Shown here: piece by piece, positions 24,422 to 38,412 of the stretch
How positions within the stretch are numbered: position 1 is the first letter of the stretch
Layout: the number at the start of each line of letters is the position of its first letter
Assembly (NCBI RefSeq): GCF_021028975.2
Contig: NW_025950341.1
Span: forward strand, 806,001-870,000
Reading direction: 5' to 3'
DNA: 64,000 nt
Origin: Sphaerodactylus townsendi
Taxonomy: Eukaryota
Position numbers and translations under genes: made by a program
The notes under the pieces: model-generated
What the model saw: only the letters and a program-made list of their open reading frames with translations
Database searches by the model: none
What the model was told of the DNA's origin: nothing

Positions 24422-25066
24422 GTCCCTAACTGTGCCCAAGTTTGTCACATGGGGACCTCCAAAAATAATGTGCATGCAAGACATTTTTACATGTGTCAGA
24501 ATATTACCATAACTGTATTAGAATGTCTAGGCATGCAGAGCACTTCAACACAATTGCAATCATCAAGTAAATGTACCTTGATCAAATGTCTTCCATTGCA
24601 TGCAACACAACCCTGGTTGGATTGCTTTCATTTTTAAAGCTGAAATACATCTTGAGCTCTCTGCTGAACTTTTTTTTGTCTACAAAACATCTTCTTTGCT
24701 ATGGAGTCAGTCCAAGCCATGGTAATAATTTTAAATAACAAACAACAAGACTGACTAAATCATCTCAGTTCCTGTAGAAGAGGTATGTATCACCCTGAGA
24801 TTATGGTATGGCTCTTAAAGTGAAGAATTGGTCAAGAATGGTTTTTTTTAAAAAAAAATAAATCCCTGTGTGTTTGTACAGACATTGCAATTGAAGGGGG
24901 GGGGGTATGATCTTAAAACAGTGTTTCATAATAAATCACCTGCATTTGGAGGGTGACCTTGCAACACCCGAAAAACACTGCCGAAATGGCAGTGGTGGTA
25001 GGAAGTTGGGAAAGTGGGAGGGGCCTGGAAGGTGGTGGCAAGGAAGAAAGGAATCCCCTGAGTTTC

Positions 25067-25069
<3 letters not shown>

Positions 25070-25119
<50 letters not shown>
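25070..25119. repeat. (CT)n microsatellite
   Basis: Perfect dinucleotide run. Confidence 0.97.
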
Positions 25120-25123
<4 letters not shown>

Positions 25124-26941
25124 ATGTTGATATTAGTGCAGCTTTGTGCATACATTTATAAAATCTAAACTATTTTGGTTGTTACCGATATTTGAGTATG
25201 ACAATAATATGGATTGACTCAATAAAGGAAGCTACCACCTCCAGTTTGCAAGGTTGTTAACAATAGAATGTTCTGGAGATCATAGGGCTGCCATAAGTCA
25301 GAAGCGAAAATGGCACATAAAACAAACAACAATATCGCTACCAAAGGTGTAGTAGTTTTAGGTCCTTGCCTGGAAGCAATAAATGAAATTACCATTGTTA
25401 TGTCTCCTCTGAATGCAGCATCCAAGAAATGCAGGAAAAAAAGCAAAAGACAGCACTGAGCCATCTATAGACATTTTCTGCCAGCCTCAGTGGCTCAAGA
25501 GATACATGACTTCCCCAGCTGGTAAGCAAGATACACTGCAAATTTCAAAGGTATATTTCCAAATAATATTGCAGTAAAGAAAAGTCGTTTAAGAACATTT
25601 GGTTTAGTTACATTTTATATGTCACAATAATCATACACATAGATTGTCTGAAATATAGTTACAGTTATTATTATTATTATTTTATTGGACTTATATACCG
25701 CCCCATCCCCGAAGGGCTCTGGGCGGTGCACAACATATAAAATGTTGTTCCATGTGGACAAAAACCACATGAGATTGAGTAGGAAAGCTACCGGGAGCCA
25801 ACTCATTAAATGTGCATATATGCATGTTATAACCATGTGCAGTTATTTATAAGGGCTCATTCTAAAATTATACTGATGGAACAGAATCTTGAAAGATTAG
25901 CTATTAGATCACACATGATGCTTTATACACCTTTAATATATGCACACTAGGTGGTCCAAAACCATATCATTAACTTCACAGCAAAGATTGTGCAAAATAC
26001 AGTTAACAGTGGTCAGTTACTGCAACATATTAAGAATTAAATGCTTTGCAGCATCCCCACCCCGTCACTCTGAAATAGAATAAACATTTGTTGGAGACTG
26101 AGAAAGAAACCAGCAGTGATTGATCAGGGAACTAATTTCTGCCTAATTCCTTTTTCCTTGGAGTTTGGGCAGTGTTACAAGAAATATTCTGAGGCTACAG
26201 CTTGTCCAATATGTTGCACAAATGGAAGAACATTACTGATATTCAGTTCATTGTTCTTAAGGAATTCTGTAGTGCAATGTGTAAAATGACTCTCCCATGA
26301 ACAGCAGTTGCCTTACACATGATTCTAACACAGAGAAATATAGGCACTATTTTGGAGTGATTTCAATGAGTCATATCTGGAAGGAAGGTTTCAGAAGGTG
26401 GTGCCAGGGAACTGCTGCCTATTCCCTTGGCCGTGGGGATCCCACAATGCTCTGTCTTCAAGTGAAGAGATTCAAATTCAAGTGAATTCAAATGAAGAGA
26501 TTCAAAAATACCCGAATCAACATAAACTTGGAAACATTTCACCCGAACAGGCATCAGCAATTAACCAAAAATCACCTCACAGGAAATAACAAAAGCAATA
26601 AATAATTAAAAACCTAATAAAGCTCCCAGGCCAGATGGCTTCACTACCAATAACTATAAACTCTTTCAATTGCAATTAAATCCATATCTTTTGGTGGTGA
26701 CTAATAACATTTTAGAAGGTAAACCAACACCCAACACATGAGCGGAAGCCAGTATCACCTTAATTCCGAAAACCATTGAGCCAGCCCTCGAACCCAGTTT
26801 GTACAGACCTATTTTCCTTCTCAATGTCGACTAAAATGTTTGCCTCAATTTTAGCAAATAGACTCAAAAAATCTTGACCAATTTTTTAATAAAGATCAGA
26901 CTGGTTTCCTTCCCAATAGACAAACTAAACATAATGTTAGG

Positions 26942-28006
26942 GTGATCATAGATATTATTGAATACTTGGATCACAAGTCAGATATACCAGCCACTCTATT
27001 ATACATAGATGCCCACAAAGCATTTGATCAGGTTAGTTGGTTATTTGTAAAAGAAGCATTACCAACAATTGGAATATCTGGTCCTTTTGAAAAAGCAATC
27101 ACAGCTATTTATTCCCACCAAAGAGCAAAAATAAAAATTAATGATAACTTCACCCAACCTATTAGCATACAGAGAGGAACCAGAAAGAGTTATCCCTTGT
27201 CCCCTCTATTATTTATCTTGTTGACCGAGATTTTGCTCAACAATATAAGGGAAGAAAATAAAATAAAAGTCATTAATTATAAAGAGAAAAAATACAAAAC
27301 AAAAGCATACGCTGATGACATGGTATTTTTCATACAAGATCCTTTAGATAACATATCTCAATTAGTTGAGAAGATTAAAGAATTCAGCAAATTGGCAGGA
27401 TTTAAAATAAATGACAAAAAGACAAAACTATTAACAAAAAACTTATCAGGAAAAGACAATATAGAATTGGAAACCCTAATAAAAATATACAATAGAAAAA
27501 AATATTTGGGCATTGTACTGTCTGGCAATAACTATCATATTTTCCAAAACAATTATGGCATCTTATGGAATAAGATCAAGGATGACTTAAATAAATGGAG
27601 CAAAATTAATTCATCATTACTGGGCAGAATCGCACTGATCAAAATGAGCATATTACCAAAATTACAGTATTTATTTCAAAATACCCCACTTATTGAAACA
27701 GATAAACCGCTTATTAATGGGAATAAAGACCTCATCAAATTTATAAAGAGTGGGGAAAAACCACATATCAAATATATCTATATGATTGATGACAAAAAAA
27801 GAGGCGGACTGGCAGTACCTGATCTCAAACTATACCATGATGCCAATGCATTAATATGGATTAGTGAGTGGATGATTCTAGAAAATGAACACCTCCTTAA
27901 TATTGAAGGTTACAGAATGCCAATGGGCTGGCATGGTCAATTATGGCCAGACAAAAAAAAAGGCAAAATAAGAACCATGGTTATAAAAAAAACCCCATTT
28001 TGTTAG
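26942..28006 (+). pseudogene. L1 ORF2 reverse transcriptase fragment
   Basis: IDAHKAFD, RGTRKSYPLSPLLF, AYADD, KYLG motifs; flanking frameshifts and stops. Confidence 0.88.
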
Positions 28007-28966
28007 AAAAATATTACTAAAAATCTGGTCCAAATATCAAATAATTTTCTATGACAAATTGCCTGGTTGGGTATCAAGATTCAAAATCTTGCAAGTTAAA
28101 GATAATAGCATAGGTAAATCATGGCCTAGATACAAGGAGCATATTATGAAAGAAAAGGATGGATAAATCTAGATAAATCTTTAAATCTAGAGAATCATTA
28201 ATATTTAATGATAAACCCTGCCATTGGTTTACCTATGCACAACTTTATAACCATTTTAAAACAGCTATGATAAGGAGCTATGGGGATTTGATTTAAAAGA
28301 TAATGAGTTGGACAAAACTGAAAGCGGGGAAAAAACAAATCAGTAGAATTTACAAACTATTATTAGAAGTTAAAATACAACAAGAATTAGTCCAATAATG
28401 ATTAAATGGGCAGACACTCTAGGCAGGAACATCCAACTGGATACTTGGATAAAAAACTGGTCAGATATGTATGCGTTCATGCCTTGTACCATTTTAAGAG
28501 AGAATAATTTGAAATTATTCTCCAGATGGTACCATAATCTGCAAAAAAGTTGCTAGAATGTATAAAGGATACTCACCAATATGTTGAAAATGCAGGGAAA
28601 AGGTGGGTTCTTTTATACATAGTTAGTGTTCCTGCAAAGCTGTAAAAAAATTGGATTAAAAAACACATACAAATACAAAAGGTATTAAAGTTGAAATTTA
28701 AGAGATTATTAGAAATTTACCTGTTAAGTCCTGCTTATTCAGATCTTAAACATAATCTTCATCTTCTCCTTTACCTAATATCGACGGCAAGACTCCTACT
28801 AGCAACCAACTGGAGATCTCCAATATTACCTACCACAGAAGACTGGGTACATAAAGTACAGGAATTTAGCCAAGCAGACAGAATTAAGCAGCATCTTAGT
28901 TACAGCACAACATCTTCAAAGGTTCAAGAGTGCAAAAAAATGAAGTGGGCCCTCTGGAAAAGCTTC

Positions 28967-29426
28967 GAGCCCGTTTCCATAAGGCGTTTCCATAGACGCG
29001 TCCAGCCCGGAGGCCTGGGGACCACGCCTCCCTGGCCCTGCTGGCCTGCTTTCGAGCGGTATGGGCGGGGCAGAGGCGTGTCCAGACAACGACGCCCGGC
29101 GACAAGGGACAAGGTAAAGTGCGGTGGAACTCCCAGGCACTCGGCTGACGCCGAACAATGTTGGACAAGTAGAGGTCCTCTTTCAATCAAGTGAAACAGC
29201 TGGCTCACCAGTTGGCTCGGCCAGCGGCTTCACTGCAGCGTTTCCCCAAAAGGCTAGGAAGGCTCTGGGAGAAGCTTGCTGGCTCCAGGCCAGGCGGGCA
29301 GCGCGAGGGCGGTGCGGCTGCGCTGCAGCTGCGCCCCTCGTGTGAATGGCGGCCTGGAGACGGTGTTTTTACCGTCTCCAGGCCGTCATTTCTTCTATAC
29401 CACGTCATGAGCTTGAGAAAACGGCC
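28967..29426. mobile_element. CpG-rich insertion in L1 (probable Harbinger-like MITE)
   Basis: Abrupt switch to high GC; imperfect termini GAGCCCGTTTCC / GAGAAAACGGCC; L1 frame KWALWKSF|IIKARYNF resumes after it; no clear TSD. Confidence 0.55.
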
Positions 29427-30095
29427 ATAATCAAGGCCAGATATAACTTTACAAATTAAAGTTTTGTATAATTTAATCAACTTCCAATTCTGACATCCTT
29501 TTGCACATCTTTATGACTAGCTTTATAGAAGTGATGAATGAACTTAAATTAAGGATAAGCAATAGTAAAGCTGTCTTCCGAGACAATTATATTTAACAAG
29601 TTACAGAGAATGACTAAGAGGAAGTCACACAAAGATGTTTTTTGTACTTGTTTCTCTTTTTCTCTTTTCCTGTTAAATGTATGGTTTTATGGTAACTATG
29701 AATGCATAATAATAGAAATGTTTAAAAGGTAAAAATTTCATTAATGAACGATAGAAAAACAGTGGGTGGTGGTTGCTCTATTTTGTTCTTTTTTAGATTC
29801 TTTTTTTATTTTACACTGTTTAAGAATCTTTATCACATGGGAGGAGATTTCTCCCTTCCTGTAATTATGGTTTGTTTTATGCTTCATACTGGTTTCTCAT
29901 GCTACTGTATAATTTGATATAATTACTTAAAGTATGTAAAAATAAATTAAATTAATATTAGGAAGAAAACTATTTTAATTAGGGTACATTCATATGGTTG
30001 CCCTTGCTGGTGCCCAACGATTTTTTCTTTCTTTCTCTGTCTCAGTTTGCACTCTGGAGCATTCATACAATGTTGCACTTTAATTGTCCTCTTTC

Positions 30096-30399
30096 AATCA
30101 AGTTGAAACACTGGCTCACCAGTTATTACACTGTACTAGATTTGCCAAAACTAGATCCAAGGATGTTAATTTATCTTCTCTTTTTCAACCCAAGTTACCA
30201 GATTTGTTCAGATGATTTGTCTTGTTGAATAATTCCGATTCTGCTTTTTGTGAAGAGGTAGCAAATTTTGTCATGGAAATAATTCAGAGTTTATAATTTA
30301 TTTATATTTACCTGAGTTTTATCGTCTGTTTTCATATTATTTATGTTAGTTGTGTTTTTTGTTATGCTAATAAAGTCTATGCCATTCATTTGCTATTCA
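30096..30399 (+). mobile_element. LINE 3' fragment (RTE-X-like)
   Basis: Reads NQVETLAHQLLHC (zinc-knuckle half) ... EEVANFV; AATAAA near the end; TAATTGTCCTCTTT(C) target duplication at ~30081-30095 and ~30400-30414. Confidence 0.7.
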
Positions 30400-31224
30400 T
30401 AATTGTCCTCTTTCCAGATTTTCCCTACCCTCAATATATTCTTTCTGCTCCAGTATGATCTTTTTTCTTCAAGAGGGGATGCAGCCCAAGTGCACTGGCA
30501 CACCATCTGTTTAGCTTAGTTTATTCAATTTATATCCCGCCCTCCCCTGAAGGACCAGTGTGTATTTTCCTGCTCTGCAAAAGTCCCACCCATCTTATTT
30601 AAACTTATTTGGCACTGTTTTCCCAGCATTTTTCCTGCCATGCCATAGGAGGGCATTGTGAGGGTTTTTAAATGGTCATTAATTGCTATGATGCTACGGC
30701 ACTACATTAATCTATTGCCACTTATCTAGCCTTATGCACTAACAGCGATTATTGTTTATGTCATATACCACCCCAGTGACTAATTTTCCTTTCCAGGGTT
30801 AAATATAAGCCTTATGCAAAGTTTTTGGAATGCAGTCCATTGGCACTGCCAGGTTTCTGTGGAAATTATTACTGGATATGGTCTTATCCCTGTACAGTTT
30901 GCAGCAAGCAACATATTTGATTTCTTTTGGAAGATCCAGCATTAATTTACTGCTTTAACATGTTTCAAGGTGGCCATGAAAGTAGAAAGCAGACTATAAG
31001 TCTACTTCAGCCACTCAGGGTAAAAAAATAATTGGATGAGGGATCCTTGTGAGAAGCAGTTGCATCCACATTTCCTTACTGAATTAAAAGATAGATGTTC
31101 CTTTTCTTCTCAGTTGGGGACAAAATAGAATTTAGTTTTCTCTGAAGTGGTAGTGTAATGGCACATATAAATTGACCTGCTAAATGCTGACATTATTGAT
31201 GGAATGAGCCACAACTATCTAGGG

Positions 31225-31363
31225 CCGTGGTGGTGAACCTTTGGCACTCCAGATGTTATGGACTACAATTCCCATCAGCCCCTTCCAGCATGGTCAATTG
31301 GCCATGCTGGCAGGGGCTGATGGGAATTGTAACATCTGGAGTGCCAAAGGTTCGCTACCACTG
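31225..31363. mobile_element. Palindromic hAT (Charlie-like) MITE
   Basis: Whole-element inverted repeat; 8-bp TSD ATCTAGGG. Confidence 0.9.
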
Positions 31364-31896
31364 ATCTAGGGAGAGAAAGTGTGTGTGCCCTTACGTATAC
31401 TGCTGGCATGCACAGAGATCCTACGTGGGAATTATTCCAAAATATCTCCCATTGAGGAAAAGTTTGTGAAGAGACACTTTAAGATCTTTAATTCCACAAT
31501 ATAATAATGACACAGTGATGAACAGATGGAAATGTTCCACCTTTGCTCTTTTCCCCTCTTTGTTTTTCTTCAAAAAGTCACATGGAAATTAGTTGCTTCT
31601 ATATTTCATTTTCCCCCCAGCATACACTTTCCCCTATTAATTTATATAACAACTAATGTGTGAAAGATGAGTGTTATCCCTCATTGGAGCTCACCACTTT
31701 TTAATTAATTTCCCAGCAGTGTATTAATTAGTCATGTAGAGTATTCTAGAACTCTTTGATACTTTCTTAATCAGATTAAGAATTTATTAAGTGAGCATCC
31801 ATAATGCCACATGCCAGTCATTTAAAAAAATTATCTCCAGATTATCACAAATAAAGGTTCATTTATATACCCTGAAATACTGAAGAGAAGGGAAGG

Positions 31897-31931
<35 letters not shown>
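31897..31931. repeat. (GACA)n microsatellite
   Basis: About 8 units. Confidence 0.95.
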
Positions 31932-32610
31932 TGTTTTGATGTTTGGGAAAGATTGCGAGAGAATAATAATGTAGTTCTATGATAACAGAAATGTAGACTT
32001 CATAGTCACACTTGGATAAAAGGAATTTGTCAATTATAATTAATTCAGAGTTCAGAATAGGAATATAATACCTGATTTTTCTCCAAATAAGCCAGAACAG
32101 TCATGGACATAGAGAGTGGTGATCCCCCAATGATCTGGCCCACCAACATGTTTCCTGGTGTCCACTTATTTCTTGGGGCTCTTAAGGGTAAAATTCAAAA
32201 AGTCTTGCATGAAAAAGAAAAAAAAGTATGCTTTGGGCCACCCCTTAACAGCTGACTAACTAGATGATCTCGCCCTTGGTAAGCATGTAACAGCTGTTAT
32301 CCTCTCTAAGCCAACCACAGATGTTTTATGTTTTCAGGATTGGTAGTCTTTTCTTGTAGGTGAACAAGGAACAACCTCCCATTTGAAACCAAACTGATGA
32401 CTGGATCCAGCTTTCCCCTGCTTCCTTGGAGTAGGAGATACTTCAGTAAAACCCAGGAGGGCATCTGCAGGGATCACCTAATCGGAAGATGCTACCTCTG
32501 GCACAAGGAAATGTTTGACTTGAGACCTCCAAACCATCTGTGGAACCTCCCAGAATTTTCTAATTGGCTCCACTCCAGTAGCAGCCATTTTGTGGTGGAA
32601 CCCTCTACAC

Positions 32611-32745
32611 CACAGGTGTCAAACTTGTGGCCCTCCAGATGTTATGGACTACAGGTCCCATCATCCCCTGCCAGCATCATGCTGGCAGGAGATGATGGGA
32701 ACTGTAGTCCATAACATCTGGAGGGCCGCGAGTTTGACACCTATG
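32611..32745. mobile_element. Palindromic hAT (Charlie-like) MITE
   Basis: CACAGGTGTCAAAC ... GTTTGACACCTATG; 8-bp TSD CTCTACAC. Confidence 0.9.
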
Positions 32746-33135
32746 CTCTACACTTTCCCAAAATTCCAAAAGTCCTCATTGATGCAAAAAGATGAGTGGA
32801 GCACCAGAAACCTTTTTAATATCCTGTTGCTCAAAACAAACAAAATATGTGTAATCCCTTAGCAGAGATGCCAGTAACCATGCCTGTTCACTTCGCAACT
32901 TCTCATGTGAGATGGCTTTGAGGTTTGGGACAAGTTTGGGATGCAGATTGTGAGATTGAGTGCAGAAAGAAATACTAGAGTAATACACATCCCTTCGTTT
33001 CCAGGGTGGTTTGGGAAATGCCAGCAGCCAAAAAAAGTGGCAAAACATAGTGGGCGGTGTTGGCCATGATCAATGATGTATGTTGTAAAGGTGATAGGGA
33101 AAGGGCACTGCTGCATATTGTTGTTACTTTGCTAA

Positions 33136-33276
33136 GGCCCCTTCCACACACGCAAAATAATGTGTTTTCAAACCACTTTCACAGCTGTTTGCAAGTGGAT
33201 TTTGCCATTCTGCACAGCTTCAAAGAGCACTGAAAGCAGTTTGAAAGTGCATTATTCTGCATGTGCGGAATGAGCC
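33136..33276. mobile_element. PIF/Harbinger (Tourist-like) MITE
   Basis: TAA TSD; reverse complement of 23815-23955. Confidence 0.85.
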
Positions 33277-33586
33277 TAAGAATAACCAGGGCACACAACC
33301 CATTTCTGTGCATGATTACATCAAAAAGGCACTGTTAATAGTTTATGATGATTCTTTCCCTCCCCTATTTACATCCAGTGCACAAAGTGCCCAGAGTTGG
33401 GAACAAAATGACTTATGACCTAATTACGAGACAAACTCTCTGCATGTTTTTAAACTCATTAGTCCCATGGGGTCTAGATTCTGATTGAAGCTATGAGGAA
33501 AGAAGTCTTAGAGTCTGCCCGCCTTGAACCCAAACTGATACTCCACACACCTGATAAATTTCATACACAAAATCCCCAGCATATTA

Positions 33587-34642
33587 TGTAGTCAGGTCCT
33601 TAGAGGATATGCACAGAGTCTGGCAAATTTGCACCAATATTCATGTTCCCTCCTGTTCACCAATCCATGGGGAATTGGGGGAACCCTACTTTTAAGACAA
33701 CAGTGTCTCTACCCATCCTTCCCAAACCTTGGGATGCCTACTAGTGCTGTGCCTAAAATGAGCAGCCAGTTCTCTCCATTGGGTAGTGAACCCACAAGTA
33801 TACAGAAAAACATGTCTGGACAGGCCCTTGCCCATATCTGTCAATCAAAGCACCTATCTCAAACTTTTCCTGAAGGGATTAAGAGAGCACAATGACCTTG
33901 CCTTGGAGAGTATTCCCATCTCCAGCCCTGGACTATACACCCCAGCAGAGACAAAGGGTTTGTTAATGTGTTTGCCACAAGCGTTCCTGCCAAGGGTTGT
34001 ATCAACCCAAGAACTTCTTTCTCAAACTAATCTCTCTAATGACCACCTCATTTACATTGTCATTATTATAGAAACTGCAGTTTCATCAGTTTCCTGCCAG
34101 CTTCAGACATTCCTAAGCTTGGCCCTCAAACTAATGCCTCAACCATTAGAGTAATGACTCAAACCATTAAGGTTGATGTCTGTCTTTTGTCTTTCCCAGG
34201 AAAGGCAAGATTCCTATTTGTCCTTGGAGACTAAGGGCAACTCTGCATAACTTTGATGGTCCCTTTTCCCTTGTAAGAATCCCCCTCTCGCAGTGGTCAT
34301 TGTTCAATATCTCTGAAAACCTCTCTGTTGATATTGTTCCACAACATCTAGTTCTTCTACCATAGCTGAATGCAGACTGTTCAGCTCTGTTCATTGGACC
34401 ATTCTGTTCCAAGATTAGGTAACTATAACCCTAACACCCCAGTTCCCTTCACCTACTCCCAACCTATCCACTCAACACTGCTTATATCCTAGGAAGGTAT
34501 GTGGGTTCTGCTGTTTTGATCATTGTATACTTGTGTAACTTATTATGCTGAACTTATTAAACTTTATTTGCTCTCTTATGGATTTTCTCACAAAAGCTGA
34601 CTTCTGTATATATCGGTAACAAAGACCCCAAGCTTGCCCAAC
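33587..34642 (+). mobile_element. Probable solo LTR
   Basis: Starts TGTA, ATTAAA near 34556, ends CCCAAC; last ~250 bp resemble the reverse complement of 55410-55650; no TSD seen. Confidence 0.45.
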
Positions 34643-37147
34643 CTTTTCTTAAGCCAAGAGTCTGTTCTTGTGAATTCCCCACTCTCAAAGGGAGAGACTC
34701 CCACAGTCTCATGTACAAATAATCCAGTCAACAAGGTTAATGCAAGTGGATCTCAGCACAGAGCAGGGATCATCAGGGGAGTGGGTAGGGCAGCTGTGAA
34801 TTTCTTGTGTTGTGCAGAGAGTTGGACTAGATGATCCTTGGGAACTCCTTTAGCTCTATATTTCTATGTTTTATGTAGCATTTGGCAGCAAATTTTGAAA
34901 AAAATTCAAACCTATTTTCGGAAGTTAAAAAGAACTCTGGGGTACCTTAAAAAAGTCGTGAGAGTGGAGACCAGGTGCAGCAGGCCACTGGTAGTTGATT
35001 AGCTAAGGACTGTATGAATCATTAAAAGCTGCAGCCCTGATCACAGGCCTTCAAGTGAATAAAAATCAAATACAAAAGAAAGGGGAGGGATCAGTAAGAA
35101 GAAAGGGGGTGGAAGATCAAGGAAAAGAAGACAGAAATCTGACAAGTTGTTGGAACTGAGGGGCAGGGGGAGGAACAGAGATGGCCTATGAGAAATACCA
35201 GGTCAGTAAAATATAAAGATCAATGAGGGACTGAGGTTTGAAATGCTTTTAAAAAGAGAGCAAGCATGCAAAGTTATTTCAATTGATATGAAAACTTTTC
35301 CCAATCATACACTGCAGTTCTCTCAAACATCCAGTATTTATCATTGTACATTACTCTCTCTGTTCCATCCCCAATTTGTCTTCCAAGAATGCTTTTTACA
35401 GTAGGGCACACATGCTCATAATATTTGTCATTTTGATCACACTGGTGGCTGTGTCCTCCTGAAATTGTTCCGCCACAGCTGAATGAAGCTTAGACTTCAT
35501 GCAACTGAGTGGACCTGAGGAACAAGAGAATAGCCACCAATGACCCAGAATGCTCAGCTGTCCTCAGAACATCTGCAAAATTAATTCAAGCTGGGGCTTG
35601 TATCCCACAGTAAATTTTCACTAAAAGAAAGGGGATGGGACAATTTTTGCACTAGTTCCAAGCTTGAACATGGATCAAGTCCCTGGATTCTGATGCAGCA
35701 GTTCTGGCCATTTCCACCACCACCACCCCCCTTTCATGCTACATGGAAATGGCTCCTTTCCATGTGGAAAGGAGTGGAAATGGGGGTGGAAATGGCTCCT
35801 TTCTTTACAGAAATACTGAGACCAACAATGCATCTGTGTACAGGACTGCTGAAGATGCAGGGAATAATGGAATTTGGTTAACAATGAGAAGAGTCTGAAA
35901 CTGACATACACTTTGCCAGTTTCACTGAAGAGGTAACATCTGCCTCTCTCCCCCAGCTATGCAGCCAAGGTAAAATATCATTTTGCTGTTCGTCAAAAAT
36001 GCAATTACAGACACCACCATTGATTCACACATTAAAGCTTTCAATTTAAAAAACACTAAAGAAAGACTTCTAGGAAAATGTGCTTCTTGCACATCAGCTT
36101 TCACAATATTTTGTCACGTGAGACTTCCAGGATAGCAACGGATCATGGAGGCCCACATCTATTTCTGTGTAAATTCCAAAAAATGCTCTCCAGTGGTATG
36201 GCAGAAAGCAAATGCATCAATGACACTCCACAAAGGGAATTGGAACCAGTCCATCTGGATGACAATGTGGAGGGGTGTAAAGTCAGAAACATCTCCATCT
36301 TTTATCTCAGAAGTCATGATGTTTCATTGTTCTGTTGGCTGCTGTGCTCTTTTAGAATGTGTTTCATGGCAAATGTGCAACAGATTCCTTTTCAACATTA
36401 GCAAGGAGAAAGGCAAAACAAACAACAGTACCATTTTTGTGAAGACAGTACTTAGTAATTACCAGATTGCTGTGGTATTTAACATCCACATCCTGGCCTT
36501 GGACTAATTGATAGGCGCTTGATGGGGGAAAACACATAGGGATAGCAACCAAGTGCATTTTTATAATTATATGAATACTATTAATTGCTTTGATTATTCA
36601 GGCACTGCTAAGCATAACGCATTGTTCTGACTATAAACATCTGGAAGGGTGTGCCCTATGGACGCTGGAGATGTGAAACTTACATGCTATTAGGTGTGAG
36701 GCTCCTATAATTTTCCTCACATGCAATCAAATGCTAGTAAATTTTGTACCTTTCCAAAGTTCAGCTTCTGGTATTTTTCCTGTCATTATTGCAGACCTCT
36801 GGCAGACAAGGCTAGATATTTTACAAGGCCAGTTCGCCACTGCTTGTGGATTTATCACAGCTATACTGCCATCTAGTATCTAAATCAGGAAGCTGCAGAA
36901 GAGAGGGGAAAAAAGTTTTCTAAAACAGGAAATAAATTGAATTTCAGGGTCATGAAATAAAGAAAACAATACTAGTGAAATATTACAGCACAGAGATAGA
37001 ATACCAGTAGACAATATGGAATTTGTTGTAATGACACACACCCTGCAATTCTGCATCTTCTAGGAAGGGTGCCAAGATAGGATTAACAGGTGTATTTTAA
37101 AAGATATTGAACCAATGTCTTTTTCTTTATTGTTTCCTTTTACAGAA

Positions 37148-37362
37148 TGGTGTGGTCTGTATATGGTATTGTGTCCTGGGAGACTTGGATGTTAATCCCC
37201 ATTCCTGCCATGATACTCAATGAGTAACCATTGGCCTATCAGTCTCTCTTAGACTAAACTACTTCACAGGGTTGTGTTGTGAGGACAAAATGGGAGAGAA
37301 CCATGGATAATGCCCCAGACTTCTCAGAGGAAGGGCAGGATAAAAGAGGTACTAGATAAATA
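37148..37362 (+). mobile_element. Old CORE SINE
   Basis: Degenerate tRNA head, CTTCACAGGGTTGTGTTGTGAGGAC, GAAGGGCAGGATAAAA tail. Confidence 0.6.
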
Positions 37363-37384
37363 TATGTATTTTTTCTTCATGCTG

Positions 37385-37577
37385 AACTGGATAAGCCAGG
37401 CAATCCTGATATTATCAGATCTCAGATGCTAAACCAGGTCAGCCCTGAATGGGAGGTCACCAAGGAAGTCCAGAATTGCTATGGAGACAGGCAAAGTTAA
37501 AATATCTCTGTCTCTTGTCATAAGACCTCTATGAGGTCTCCATAAGTCAACTCCAACTTGACAGTATTTTCCACCAA
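37385..37577 (+). mobile_element. 5S-Sauria-like SINE
   Basis: TCAGATCTCAGATGCTAAACCAGG...ATGGGAGG 5S-like head; CCATAAGTCAACTCCAACTTGACAG tail. Confidence 0.62.
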
Positions 37578-38412
37578 CATTATTCCTACTTCACTATATC
37601 CTAGCGCAAATTAGCCAACCAATCCAAAATTGTGTTTTTGGATTTTGTTTCTAGTTTTTTTTATATAAATATTTCTTGGGCTAGATTTAAAAAAATCTCA
37701 ACACAAATGGCAGATTTCCTATGACAAAAAGAAAAGGAAAGGGGGGGAGAAGTCACATCCAAGGACAGAGGTGGTAGGGGTGGCAGCTTAACTAGTATTC
37801 TGGATAGGAAGCAGATGTAACTTTACCTTGTGTTTCAGTGGTCTTTCTCCCTCAAACTATCTGCTTATCCATGCAACACTGCACAACAATTTTGGGTTAG
37901 GGTGATATTATCATTGTCACTTAATTGGCATTATCTTTGAACATTATAACTGAATATTATTAAGATACATTAGACTTTACAAATGAAGATCAACCAGAAA
38001 TAAAAGTCTCATACAAAACCATTTTAAAAGCTTACAGATACATTCCTTTCTTCCAAATCAATTGTCCTCAAATTGATTACCTTCAGGGAAACTTTGTTGC
38101 ATGACAGAGCTCATCAGCACACCTAGTTATGGTGATTCTCTGCTTGTGACAAAGCCAACCAAGTGCAGCCCATCAAGCACACACTGGGATCTGCTTCACT
38201 GTAGTTGTAGTCTCAGGCAGGTCACAAACACTGGACAATTATCAAGTCTCAGTCATTCATGGCTGATGGGCAACAAAAGAAGAAGATGAAGATGAAGATG
38301 AAGATGAAGATGACAACAAAGAAGAGGAGGAGTTTGGCAGAGGTCGATTTTGCATTGGGAGATCTGATTCCAGATCATGGGAGATCGGAAATTTTTATAG
38401 CATCGATACAAT

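Larger units (their letters stand above)
26460..29955 (+). mobile_element. L1-clade LINE, 5'-truncated and degraded
   Basis: KAPRPDGF (26620), YRPIFLLN, DAHKAFD, YADD, CCHC-like C*KC...H...C (~28581-28635), AT-rich 3' UTR with AATAAA near 29941. Confidence 0.9.
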
